Assembly (NCBI GenBank): GCA_017383125.1
Contig: JAFNYY010000096.1
Coordinates: forward strand, 9,026-73,025
Length of the DNA stretch: 64,000 nucleotides
Direction: 5' to 3'
Source: Schwartzia sp. (in: firmicutes)
GTDB lineage: Bacteria > Bacillota > Negativicutes > Selenomonadales > Selenomonadaceae
Of this stretch, positions 54,278-62,673 are shown piece after piece (the stretch's first letter is position 1; each line of letters begins with the position of its first letter). The notes under the pieces were generated by a model. That model ran no database searches and was not told the DNA's origin. It worked only from the letters and a program-made list of their open reading frames with translations. The translations under genes and the position numbers were made by a program.

Positions 54278-54368
54278 CTCATCCGTCAGCCTTCGGCTGC
54301 CACCTTCCCCAAAGGGGAAGGTCTGTACCCTCCCCTCTTGGGGGCTGGTAAAGCCGGTGGGTGAGGTT
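54278..54368. repeat. GC-rich hairpin repeat cluster IV (inverted copy of unit 2)
   Basis: The reverse complement reads AACCTCACCCACCGGCTTTACCAGCCCCCAAGAGGGGAGGGTACAGACCTTCCCCTTTGGGGAAGGTGGCAGCCGAAGGCTGACGGATGAG. This is collinear with 43657-43753. Confidence 0.85.
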
Positions 54369-54439
54369 ATCTCCACAATACAAAACAGCGTCACTGCCGA
54401 CACATAGCCGGCAATGACGCTGTTGCTTTTTATTCTGTT

Positions 54440-55258
54440 TTACCAGGTAGGGAATGCGGAGCCGCCGAAGTGCTCGTCGACGAATTTCTTTATCTCCGGA
54501 GAATGATACGCCTTGATGAGCTGAGCAATCCGCGGATCATCCTTCATATTCTCGCGGGTGACGAGGATATTGGCATAGGGAGAATTGCTGTCCTCACGAG
54601 CCAGCGCGTCCTTGGCCGGTACGAGTCCGGCAGACATTGCATAGTTGCAGTTGATTGCAGCGATAGTGACATCATCGAGGGTACGGGGAATCTGTGCCGC
54701 CTCGCTCTCGATGATTTTCAGATTTTTCCTGTTCTCAACGATGTCAGCCGGAGTAGCCTTGATGCCGAGACCTTCCTTCAGCTTGATGAGTCCCACCTTC
54801 TCCAGCAGGACGAGGGCGCGGCCGCCGTTTGTGGGGTCGTTGGGGAGAGTGATGACAGCGTTGTCACCTACATCCTTGATGTCCTTTATCTTCTTGGAGT
54901 AGATGCCGATGGGGAAAATCATGGTCTTGGCAACAGATACCAGCTTGTAGCCCCGGTCCTTCACCACATTGTCGAGATATGGCTGATGCTGGAAGCTGTT
55001 CACATCTATTTCGCCGTCAGCCAAAGCAGAGTTGGGGGTAACATAGTCGCTGAATTCGATGACCTGTATCTTCAGGCCGTTCTTCTCAGCAATCTTCTTT
55101 ACCTCATCCATTACCTCAGCATGGGGGCCGGGAGTAACGCCGACCTTCAGCGGTGCGTCATTCTTCGCCGCTTTCTTTTCGCCGCCACCACAGCCAGCAA
55201 GTACCACCATAGCAAGCGCCGCAGCAAGCAGCAGCGAAAGCTTCAGAAGCTTTTTCAT
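54440..55258 (-). CDS. metQ: MetQ/NlpA-family methionine-binding lipoprotein
   Basis: 272 aa with the lipobox LAGC. LKVGVTPGPHAEVMDEVKKIAEKNGLKIQVIEFSDYVTPNSALADGEIDVNSFQH is a typical MetQ pattern. Confidence 0.9.
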   Translation of the reverse strand: MKKLLKLSLLLAAALAMVVLAGCGGGEKKAAKNDAPLKVGVTPGPHAEVMDEVKKIAEKNGLKIQVIEFSDYVTPNSALADGEIDVNSFQHQPYLDNVVKDRGYKLVSVAKTMIFPIGIYSKKIKDIKDVGDNAVITLPNDPTNGGRALVLLEKVGLIKLKEGLGIKATPADIVENRKNLKIIESEAAQIPRTLDDVTIAAINCNYAMSAGLVPAKDALAREDSNSPYANILVTRENMKDDPRIAQLIKAYHSPEIKKFVDEHFGGSAFPTW

Positions 55259-55291
55259 ATAAACATCTCCAAACTTAATGTTATGCTGTGC

Positions 55292-55320
55292 ATTGTAGCA
55301 CTATCCGGCCTTCCGGTCAA
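55292..55320 (-). promoter_or_regulatory. Candidate sigma70 promoter for metQ
   Basis: The minus strand reads TTGACC (55320-55315), a 17 nt spacer, then TACAAT (55297-55292), about 35 nt upstream of the ATG. Confidence 0.45.
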
Positions 55321-55341
55321 ATCCCTTGTTCTTCTCCGCTG

Positions 55342-56043
55342 TCAAAGCAATGAGGCGAACAAGGGCGCAAGTGCCACCGTCATCAGGCCCGCCAGTGCAA
55401 GTGCCAGTCCACCCATTGCCCCCTCGGTCATGCCGAACTGAAGGGCGCGGACTGTCCCGATAGCGTGGGAGGCATTGCCCAGAGCCAATCCCCTCGCCAC
55501 CGGCTCCTTTATCCCGAAGATGTCAAAGACCTTCCCCGCTGCCATAAAGCCGAGGTTTCCGGCCACTACGATACAGGCTACGGTCAGGGTCACATAGCCA
55601 CCCAGTTCCTCGCTGATACCCATGCCGATAGGCGTCGTGACCGACTTGGGCATGATGGTCACATAGTGCTCGTGGGTCAGTCCGAATGCCTTGCACATAA
55701 GCAGTATGCTCACAAGGTTCACTATGGTACCGGCAAAAACCGACAGCAGAATGGCCCGCAGATTTTCCACCAGCAATGACAGCTTCTCATAGAGAGGAAT
55801 CGCCATGCAGACAGTGGCCGGTGTCAGGAAATAGGTAATGACGTCCGAGCTTTTTTTATAGGCTTCGTAATCAACATCGAAAAATTTCAGGAAGGCAATA
55901 ATCAGCAGGAGCGCAATAATCACCGGATTGGCAATAGCGTTCTGCAGCTTTCGGTGAACCCAGGTACCAATGATGAATGCCACAATCGTCAAAACTGCCC
56001 CGGCATACGCTGCATGGACAAAAATATCCTGCATACTAATCAT
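55342..56043 (-). CDS. lrgB: LrgB/CidB-family membrane protein
   Basis: The ORF is 55342..56070. The likely start is ATG 56043, which overlaps the lrgA TGA (ATGA) and follows GGAGGGAG. It is a polytopic membrane protein. Confidence 0.85.
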   Translation of the reverse strand: MISMQDIFVHAAYAGAVLTIVAFIIGTWVHRKLQNAIANPVIIALLLIIAFLKFFDVDYEAYKKSSDVITYFLTPATVCMAIPLYEKLSLLVENLRAILLSVFAGTIVNLVSILLMCKAFGLTHEHYVTIMPKSVTTPIGMGISEELGGYVTLTVACIVVAGNLGFMAAGKVFDIFGIKEPVARGLALGNASHAIGTVRALQFGMTEGAMGGLALALAGLMTVALAPLFASLL

Positions 56044-56393
56044 CTCTGCTCCCTCCTTCGGATGAGCCACTGAGCCAACAGACCGGTGACCACCATGACT
56101 CCTACGGTGGTAATCAGTACGACAACGCAGTAGGGTATCAGCACCTCACTGAGAATGCTCCAGGTCTTCAGCAGGCCGACGCTGGGTGCAATAAACATCA
56201 CTATCATTATCTCAATCATGTAGTGACCGGTGTGTGCAACCTGCCCCAGATTAACTATGCCAAAGACCAATGCTAAGAACAGCAGCAGCAGTCCGTATAT
56301 ACCGGCTGGAACCGGCAGGGGAATGAGCAGCTTCACGACTTCCCCCAGCAGGGAGAAGCCTAGTATGACTACCAGCTCCGTCAAGTATTTCAT
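56040..56393 (-). CDS. lrgA: LrgA/CidA holin-like protein
   Basis: The ORF is 56040..56423; the likely start is MKYLTELVVILGF at 56393. It has four TM segments and is paired with lrgB. Confidence 0.8.
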   Translation of the reverse strand: MKYLTELVVILGFSLLGEVVKLLIPLPVPAGIYGLLLLFLALVFGIVNLGQVAHTGHYMIEIMIVMFIAPSVGLLKTWSILSEVLIPYCVVVLITTVGVMVVTGLLAQWLIRRREQR

Positions 56394-56454
56394 TTCTACA
56401 TCCTCTTTCAAATAAAATATCAAATATTATACATTAGTTGTCAAATATCAGGAA

Positions 56455-56489
56455 CAAAAAGGCCGGTTGGTATTGTCCGACGACCGGCC
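56455..56489 (-). terminator. Intrinsic terminator downstream of the esterase gene
   Basis: GGCCGGT (56461-56467) pairs with ACCGGCC (56483-56489). On the minus-strand RNA it is followed by TTTTTG. A second hairpin of the ACTGTGAA family lies at 56516-56545. Confidence 0.7.
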
Positions 56490-56554
56490 AATTATATCCC
56501 CACAAAAAGAAAATACTGTGAAAAATGATTTCTCATCCTTCACAGCCATATATT

Positions 56555-57229
56555 TTACTCTCTCACTACTGCCCTGATGGTATCAGCCAACCGGCTGGCG
56601 GCGTTGGTGAAGTGACCTCCTTCGGTCATTACCAGCTTTGCCATCACGCCCTTCTGATTCATTAAATCCACGACTTCCGCCGTAGCAGCACCAATCCGGG
56701 CAAGACGAGGATTCCTTGCCTTCTCCTCTTTCTTTCCCAAAGACAACTGTATTCGCTCCAGCGAGGCAGCCGGTGTCTTACCCTTCAGATAATCGATAAA
56801 GCCATCATACCACAGGGAGGCCGAGGCAACCGCCACTCTCTCGAAAAGTCCCGATTCCAAGCCGGCGTAAACGCCCCACAATCCCGCCAAAGAATAACCG
56901 GAAATGACCCGGAATTTCGGCTTTAGGATTGTCAGCTGTTCCGCCTTGGGGATAATCTGCTTCCAATACGCCCGGATAAGCTCACGACCCTTGCCTCCGA
57001 ATGTATTCCCACCGTCGCAGAGCGCCGGCTCCGGCCACGGCGACAGTGAATCCTCCCACAGGCCGGGGTCTACCACCGCAATATTCAGCGGCAAATCATC
57101 CAAAAGCGCTACCACACCTTCACCGGATTCAAGGTTGTCGTTGATAAAAACCAGAGGCAGTGAGCCGCCGGCAGCCGACAGGTGCAGACGCATGGCGTGA
57201 TCTCCCACCATTACATCTATAGTTTTCAT
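56555..57229 (-). CDS. Alpha/beta-hydrolase (putative esterase family)
   Basis: The ORF is 56555..57352; the likely start is MKTIDVM at 57229 after GGAGA. The nucleophile-elbow-like sequence is SGYSLAGL. Confidence 0.65.
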   Translation of the reverse strand: MKTIDVMVGDHAMRLHLSAAGGSLPLVFINDNLESGEGVVALLDDLPLNIAVVDPGLWEDSLSPWPEPALCDGGNTFGGKGRELIRAYWKQIIPKAEQLTILKPKFRVISGYSLAGLWGVYAGLESGLFERVAVASASLWYDGFIDYLKGKTPAASLERIQLSLGKKEEKARNPRLARIGAATAEVVDLMNQKGVMAKLVMTEGGHFTNAASRLADTIRAVVRE

Positions 57230-57372
57230 ATTATTCTCCGTACAAATGAGAAATGAAGCTTTTAGTTTAACAATGGCATTATAAAGCTTTAGTACGATAA
57301 AATCAACGCAGACATAAAAAAGAGGACTATCAAAATGACTAAACATTTTCATAGTCCCCGCTTATAAAAATT

Positions 57373-58551
57373 TCAGCTATTGGCCACAGCCAGCCGGACT
57401 TCTTCATCATCGAAGGAGCGGGAGGCTTCTTCCTCTTCCCAGATATAGGTTTTCGCTATATCAAAGCCGTTGAAGTCCGTGGCACTGGCTACGGAATATG
57501 CGCCGCAGTCCGGTACAAGAACTGCATCGCCTATCTCCAGACGAGGCATCATGACGTCACGGGCCACGAAGTCGATGGAGTCACAGCTGGGTCCAAGGAG
57601 AGTGCAGAGCTCACGCTCACCCTTCTTGTAGCTGTGAATAGCGAAGTGCCAGTGGTCGTACATGTGAGCCGAGAAGGAGCCGTACAGTCCTTCATCGAGG
57701 ACATACCAGTGCTGACCGTTCCGCTCCTTGGTGCCGATGACGGAGGTGACGAGATTCACCGCAGTACCGCACATGAAGCGACCTGGCTCAGCCCACAGCT
57801 CCGTATCCGGGAACAGTCTGTCCAGCTGACGATTTATCTGGTCAGCCATACGAGCTACATCGATAGCCAATCCGTTGGCATCAGGCACCGGCAGGCCACC
57901 GCCGATGTCCAGCATATAGAGGTGCATTCCCATCTCCTCAGCCTCATCAAAGAGACGACGGCAGATGAGAAGTGCCTCCTCATGACCCGAGGCACCCAGC
58001 GACTGACTGCCTACATGGAAGGCAATACCGGCGGGAGTAAGTCCCTTTTCCTTTGCCTTCTTCAGCAGGTCCAGAGCCTCCTCCGGTGCACAGCCGAACT
58101 TGGCATTCAAATCTACGAGAGCCTTTTTATTTACTACGCGGATGCGCACCAGCACTTCACCGCCGGGCACAGCCTGCGCCATTTTATCTATTTCCGAAGC
58201 GTCATCAAAGGTAAATCGGTTAACGCCGCACTGCTTTGCGGTCTGCAATCCAGCCGGAGTCTTGACAGGATTTGCGTAAATCATGCGGCTTCCATCAATA
58301 CCCATTGACGCCAGCTGCTTCATTTCTCCGCCGGAGGCCACATCAAAGGATGTGCCGAGATCGGCAAGAGTCCTGATGATCTGTTCGGTGGGATTCGCTT
58401 TCATTGCGTAGAAAACATTTACTCGAGGCAAATGCTCCCGGAAGAATTTATAATTCTCCGCCACCTTATCCACAGACGCCACCAAAAAGGGGGTCGGGTA
58501 TTTCGCCATGAGTTCCTCAATGGCGGTTTTGCTGAGTCGAAAGCTCCTCAT
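57373..58551 (-). CDS. ldc: Fold-type III PLP decarboxylase, lysine/ornithine decarboxylase of the Selenomonas type
   Basis: The ORF is 57373..58653; the likely start is MRSFRLSK at 58551 after GGGAGAG. PTPFLVAS...VFYAMKANP...FDVASGGEM...IYANPVK...HVGSQ...LDIGGGLPV matches ODC-like enzymes and my recollection of S. ruminantium LDC/ODC. Confidence 0.8.
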   Translation of the reverse strand: MRSFRLSKTAIEELMAKYPTPFLVASVDKVAENYKFFREHLPRVNVFYAMKANPTEQIIRTLADLGTSFDVASGGEMKQLASMGIDGSRMIYANPVKTPAGLQTAKQCGVNRFTFDDASEIDKMAQAVPGGEVLVRIRVVNKKALVDLNAKFGCAPEEALDLLKKAKEKGLTPAGIAFHVGSQSLGASGHEEALLICRRLFDEAEEMGMHLYMLDIGGGLPVPDANGLAIDVARMADQINRQLDRLFPDTELWAEPGRFMCGTAVNLVTSVIGTKERNGQHWYVLDEGLYGSFSAHMYDHWHFAIHSYKKGERELCTLLGPSCDSIDFVARDVMMPRLEIGDAVLVPDCGAYSVASATDFNGFDIAKTYIWEEEEASRSFDDEEVRLAVANS

Positions 58552-58807
58552 AACACTCTCCCATTCCGTATGCCTAAGGATCAACGAGAACGCTCTAAGG
58601 CGCGTCCTTAACGCATTTGTTTGATGTCGGTCTCGATTCTCCTCCGAGACCAAACTTTATAACTGCGGTAATAATAATACAGTAGGGGACAGAACGCAAC
58701 AATTATTTTTCTTCTGGAGAAAATAAAAATCCCCTTCGATAATGTCGGCTGCCATATCAGCTCACCACATCTGTCAAAGGGGACTATACCTCATATTTTT
58801 TCAATTG

Positions 58808-59602
58808 TCACAGAGCAAGAACAGCCTTAGTAAAATTCTCCAAAGACATACCCGCCCGACGGGCTGCATCTGACTCAGAAATAACGCCGTCCTTCACTAG
58901 CGCAAACAGCGTCTTTAGCATACCTTTTTCTACCCCCTTCTCTATACCCTTTTCCTCTACTTCCATCAAGGTCTGACTGTATGTCATATACAATGCCCTC
59001 CTTCCGTCATCTTCCCGCTGCATCTCTACTTCCTCCTGCAGCTGACGAGTAAAATCATCCTTCGGCTCGTTGCCGTTTATATAGTCAAGCAGATTTGCCA
59101 GCTCCTTACTTATTCGGTGCTTATCGCCTTGAGTATTAAGAAAAATCTTAAAAACATCATCTTCCAGCGACAGCCCGCCTTCTTCATGACACAGACTGCT
59201 AAAAGTATACCTTCCAAAATTTTTGCCAAATGGGTCAAAGGTGCAGATGAAAATAATGACAGTCTTTCTCAGTCTAGTATACAGCTCACCTTTTTTCAGA
59301 GAATCGTTATCCAGCACTGACTGATAGTATCTCGTCCGCTTAGCGAGGCTATCTTTTGACGAGTCTGCGGTCTGCATTTCTACATCTATGACAGTTCCAT
59401 CCGTCAGCGTCACATATATATCCAGCCTTACACCCTTGCTTGTCAACTGTGCCTCAAGGCTTTTCTCGCCTTCCGGATAAACTATATCTGTTATCTTCAC
59501 ATCAAGTACCCGTTCCAAAAGCTGCCGACACAACTCCGGTTTCTCCATTACTAGCCGGAACATAAAGTTGTTGCTTATGGTCGCTGTCCTCAGGTCATTC
59601 AT
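58808..59602 (-). CDS. Rpn-family recombination-promoting nuclease / PD-(D/E)XK putative transposase
   Basis: 264 aa. NNFMFRLVMEKPELCRQLLERVL...VRLDIYVTLTDGTVIDVEMQ is the Rpn/YhgA-like nuclease core. The region is low in GC. Confidence 0.8.
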   Translation of the reverse strand: MNDLRTATISNNFMFRLVMEKPELCRQLLERVLDVKITDIVYPEGEKSLEAQLTSKGVRLDIYVTLTDGTVIDVEMQTADSSKDSLAKRTRYYQSVLDNDSLKKGELYTRLRKTVIIFICTFDPFGKNFGRYTFSSLCHEEGGLSLEDDVFKIFLNTQGDKHRISKELANLLDYINGNEPKDDFTRQLQEEVEMQREDDGRRALYMTYSQTLMEVEEKGIEKGVEKGMLKTLFALVKDGVISESDAARRAGMSLENFTKAVLAL

Positions 59603-59662
59603 CTTCTCACCTTCTCGATTGGATTATACCATAACGCTATCAATATGAATAGAAAAGAAAAA

Positions 59663-60145
59663 TTAGCTCTCGTCCTTACCCAACAATTCATATATTTGTC
59701 CTGGTGAGCAGCATACAGCATGAGCCAATTTATTCCGACAATCATGAAGAAACTTAATTCTTTTTCGATCTCCTTCATCTGGTATATACAGAATGTACAT
59801 CCCATCTTCTTTTCTGCTCATCAGATAACATAATGTCCCCAATTCAGTATCTAGGGCATTAGTAAGCTGCTCATGATACTGTTCAATATAATCACTATCC
59901 AAAACATTCTGTATTTCGGTTTTATACTTTTGAATCAAACTTACTCTTTCAATTTCAATAACTGGAAACAAAACTTGCACCTGTGCAGCCCAAATTCTAT
60001 GCTCAATTTCAGATAACTTACCACTTCTGTAATACCACAGAATATGTTTAGATGAACCGTCTTTTCCGCGGCGTAAAAACTCTTCCATTTCCGCAATGTT
60101 CTTTATACCATTAAGAACCGAAAATTGCAATAACAAATTGAACAA
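59663..60145 (-). CDS. Hypothetical protein with a C-terminal R-x4-H (HEPN-like) motif; the 5' end is uncertain or truncated
   Basis: 160 aa ORF. FLHDCRNKLAH lies near the C-terminus. The ORF begins only 19 nt after the upstream terminator. An internal TTGCAA-17-TATAAA promoter-like site precedes Met20 (60088). Confidence 0.4.
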   Translation of the reverse strand: MFNLLLQFSVLNGIKNIAEMEEFLRRGKDGSSKHILWYYRSGKLSEIEHRIWAAQVQVLFPVIEIERVSLIQKYKTEIQNVLDSDYIEQYHEQLTNALDTELGTLCYLMSRKEDGMYILYIPDEGDRKRIKFLHDCRNKLAHAVCCSPGQIYELLGKDES

Positions 60146-60163
60146 AAATCTGAATTAAGCAAC

Positions 60164-60210
60164 TAAAAAGAGCTGCTGCATTGATGAAAAATCATCTAAT
60201 GCGGCAGCTC
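60164..60210 (-). terminator. Intrinsic terminator after the secreted-protein gene
   Basis: A 13 bp stem, GAGCTGCTGCATT (60170-60182) with AATGCGGCAGCTC (60198-60210), contains one G-U pair. On the minus-strand RNA it is followed by TTTTTAG. Confidence 0.8.
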
Positions 60211-60226
60211 CTTACTGTTGAATTAC

Positions 60227-61186
60227 TTATTTTGTTTTCGGAACGGGCGGCATATCGGTACGGTAGCGGTTCAGCCAGTAGGTGTATCCCTTGCTGAATG
60301 CCCGAAGGCGGGCAAGTCCCTTCTCTGCCTGTGTGCCTTTCTTTATTTCCCGATAGGTACCATCCAGTCCGCCGGTGACATCCTTCCAGCCGTCCTTGGT
60401 GTCCCAGCTGCGGCAGGCCATGGTCTTATAGGTTCCCTGCGGGAGATTCACTGCCTTCTTGGAGAATTTAACCTCGATGATATTACCGGCAGCGTCCTTG
60501 GTCTCGCTCCACTCCCAGTAGATGATGTTGTCGCCCCGCAGGCGCATGGTGGTAGTGTCGGCGATGACATCGGTCTTGCTCTTGTCCGGCATAGTGGCCG
60601 ACCAGAGGGTAATCCAGCGGTCCTCTGCCTTCTGTCTTGCTACCTCGCCGTGACGGAATATATGGTCAACCAGCACGGCGTAGAAGTCCTCATCAAAGGC
60701 TTGGGAATTTATTTCCTTCACGGTACGGGGCTCATAAATTTTCTGCCAGATGGAGGTACCGTTCTTGTCGTAGAAGTTTTCCTGAACATATTCTATAGTC
60801 CGCTCCTGCGGGCAAACCTCCACGAGGGAAAGGGTATATGCCAGCTGTGAGGGATCGGGAATCTGGGAGTTTATCTCGTAGTTGTCGATGGTCTCCTTCG
60901 CTCCGGCAGGAGAGAAAAGAGTTTTCAGCCAGGCACTGATACGGGTAGCCACACCGTTGGACTGGGCAACGATTTTCACATTGGCCGGGGAGAAAAATTT
61001 CCCGTACTTCTCATCAGAGGAAATCCAGCTCCAGCCAGCTCCGCCGTTCTTCGTAACCATTCCGGCTTCCTGGACTGCCTGAGCGGCCGCTGCCTGTCCT
61101 ATGAAGCTGTCCGAAACGAAGGCGGTAGTCGTCACTGCCGCAGTAAGGGCAAGTCCGGCAAAAAATTTCTTTGCTGTATTGTTCAT
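60227..61186 (-). CDS. Secreted hypothetical protein
   Basis: 319 aa with a clear signal peptide (FFAGLALTAAVTTTAFV...AAAAQA). No family was recognised. Confidence 0.6.
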   Translation of the reverse strand: MNNTAKKFFAGLALTAAVTTTAFVSDSFIGQAAAAQAVQEAGMVTKNGGAGWSWISSDEKYGKFFSPANVKIVAQSNGVATRISAWLKTLFSPAGAKETIDNYEINSQIPDPSQLAYTLSLVEVCPQERTIEYVQENFYDKNGTSIWQKIYEPRTVKEINSQAFDEDFYAVLVDHIFRHGEVARQKAEDRWITLWSATMPDKSKTDVIADTTTMRLRGDNIIYWEWSETKDAAGNIIEVKFSKKAVNLPQGTYKTMACRSWDTKDGWKDVTGGLDGTYREIKKGTQAEKGLARLRAFSKGYTYWLNRYRTDMPPVPKTK

Positions 61187-61195
61187 AGCTTTCTC

Positions 61196-61900
61196 CTATT
61201 CATTCAGCCCCACCAGCTGCCGTACAACTGCTCCGGCAATAATGAGGCCTGCTGCCGACGGCACGAAGGAAACGCTGCCGGTAGGCGGCCGTCCTTCTCC
61301 TGTCCAGTGGATATCAGCCGGTTTCTCCTTTGAGTATACCACAGGCAGGTGTTCAATTCCTCTTTTTTTCAGCTCCCGGCGCATAACTCTGGCCAATGGG
61401 CAGACGCTGGTCTCGGATATATCTGCCAGCTCCAGCTGCTCCGGATGGAGCTTGTTGCCTGCTCCCATCGCACTGATGACAGGCGTCCCCGCCTCTCTCG
61501 CTGCCGCTATCAGAGCCAGCTTACTGTACACGCTGTCTATCGCATCTACAACAAAATCATATACCTTGAAATCAAAATCGTCAACTTTGCCCATGTCAAA
61601 GCACATCTGACGGCAGTTCACGACTATATCCGGATTTATTGACCGCAGCCGCTCCGCAAAGACTTCTACCTTCGGCCGGCCTACAGTCCCGGTGGTAGCG
61701 ATTATCTGACGGTTACAGTTGGTTATGTCCACATCGTCATCGTCCACCAGCTCCAGCGTACCTAAACCGGCCCGAGCCAGAGCTTCGACCACATAGCCGC
61801 CCACGCCGCCCACGCCGAAGACGATGACCTTGGCCAAGCGAAGCCGCTCAACACCATCGTCCCCCAGCAGCAGGGCAGTTCTCTCATTCCATTGCGCCAT
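61196..61900 (-). CDS. tcdA: tRNA threonylcarbamoyladenosine dehydratase (ThiF/E1-like, TcdA/CsdL)
   Basis: 234 aa. Motifs: VIVFGVGGVGGYVVEALARAGLGTLELVDDDDVDITNCNRQ and VCPLARVMR. Confidence 0.85.
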   Translation of the reverse strand: MAQWNERTALLLGDDGVERLRLAKVIVFGVGGVGGYVVEALARAGLGTLELVDDDDVDITNCNRQIIATTGTVGRPKVEVFAERLRSINPDIVVNCRQMCFDMGKVDDFDFKVYDFVVDAIDSVYSKLALIAAAREAGTPVISAMGAGNKLHPEQLELADISETSVCPLARVMRRELKKRGIEHLPVVYSKEKPADIHWTGEGRPPTGSVSFVPSAAGLIIAGAVVRQLVGLNE

Positions 61901-61925
61901 TGCTTTTCTCTTTTAGTCCCTTATA

Positions 61926-62603
61926 TCAGCTTTCCAGCGGATCGGCACCGTGACGGTTCGCACCCCGGACACCGGTATTAAACAGGATGTAAAGGCTCAT
62001 GAGAGTGTTCAGTATCCATGCCCAATCCCATACCCAGCCGGCAAAAATAAAGCCGAGGTAGGCACCCATGCGAAGTACCATGAAATTATGGTCGGTGTTG
62101 TCCGCAGGCTCCATGTCGTGAAAGCGGCGGACAACGAGGCAGATGCTGGCTATCTGAGCGCCGATGATGATGCCCACGAGAGCAAGTCCGCCCATGACGG
62201 CGTGGTCCATGCCGATGAGTATGCCGCTGATGATAATAAGTACCAGGGCGATACCAGCGATACCCATGCAACGCTTGAAATAGCGCAAGCGGTTCAGGCG
62301 TCCCTTCGTAGTGAAGAACTGCGCCACGATTCCGCTCTCCGGGAAAGGATTATAGGCATTTTCAGCCGATTTCTGCTCCCAGGGATAACCGGCAGCTCCC
62401 GTGGCACCGGTATTATTCGTGCCGGCATTACCGCGACGGTATGGGTTGTCCCCTGCACCGATAACCGGCGACACCCGCTCCGACATCTGCTGCGCTGCCG
62501 GAGCCTGGGCAGGCTCATCCTGCATAAGCCTTGTCCCACAGTTCTCACAAAACTTTGCCCCGGGCTTGATTTCCGCTCCGCAGTTACTGCAAAAATTAGC
62601 CAT
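61926..62603 (-). CDS. Zinc-ribbon plus DUF805 membrane protein
   Basis: 225 aa. The N-terminus is CSNCGAEIKPGAKFCENCG. The C-terminal part has GRLNRLRYF...RRFHDM with TM segments, which is DUF805-like. Confidence 0.7.
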   Translation of the reverse strand: MANFCSNCGAEIKPGAKFCENCGTRLMQDEPAQAPAAQQMSERVSPVIGAGDNPYRRGNAGTNNTGATGAAGYPWEQKSAENAYNPFPESGIVAQFFTTKGRLNRLRYFKRCMGIAGIALVLIIISGILIGMDHAVMGGLALVGIIIGAQIASICLVVRRFHDMEPADNTDHNFMVLRMGAYLGFIFAGWVWDWAWILNTLMSLYILFNTGVRGANRHGADPLES

Positions 62604-62673
62604 TATCTATTCTCTCCCTCAAAAGCTATGAGAAATAATCTTCATTATCTATATCGTAACAATCACGAATTTC

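Noticed and set aside
59599-59805. A 68 aa ORF overlapping the Rpn gene start and the HEPN-like ORF's end.
   Set aside because: It overlaps two better-supported ORFs in an A/T-rich region, has no SD, and its composition looks like chance.
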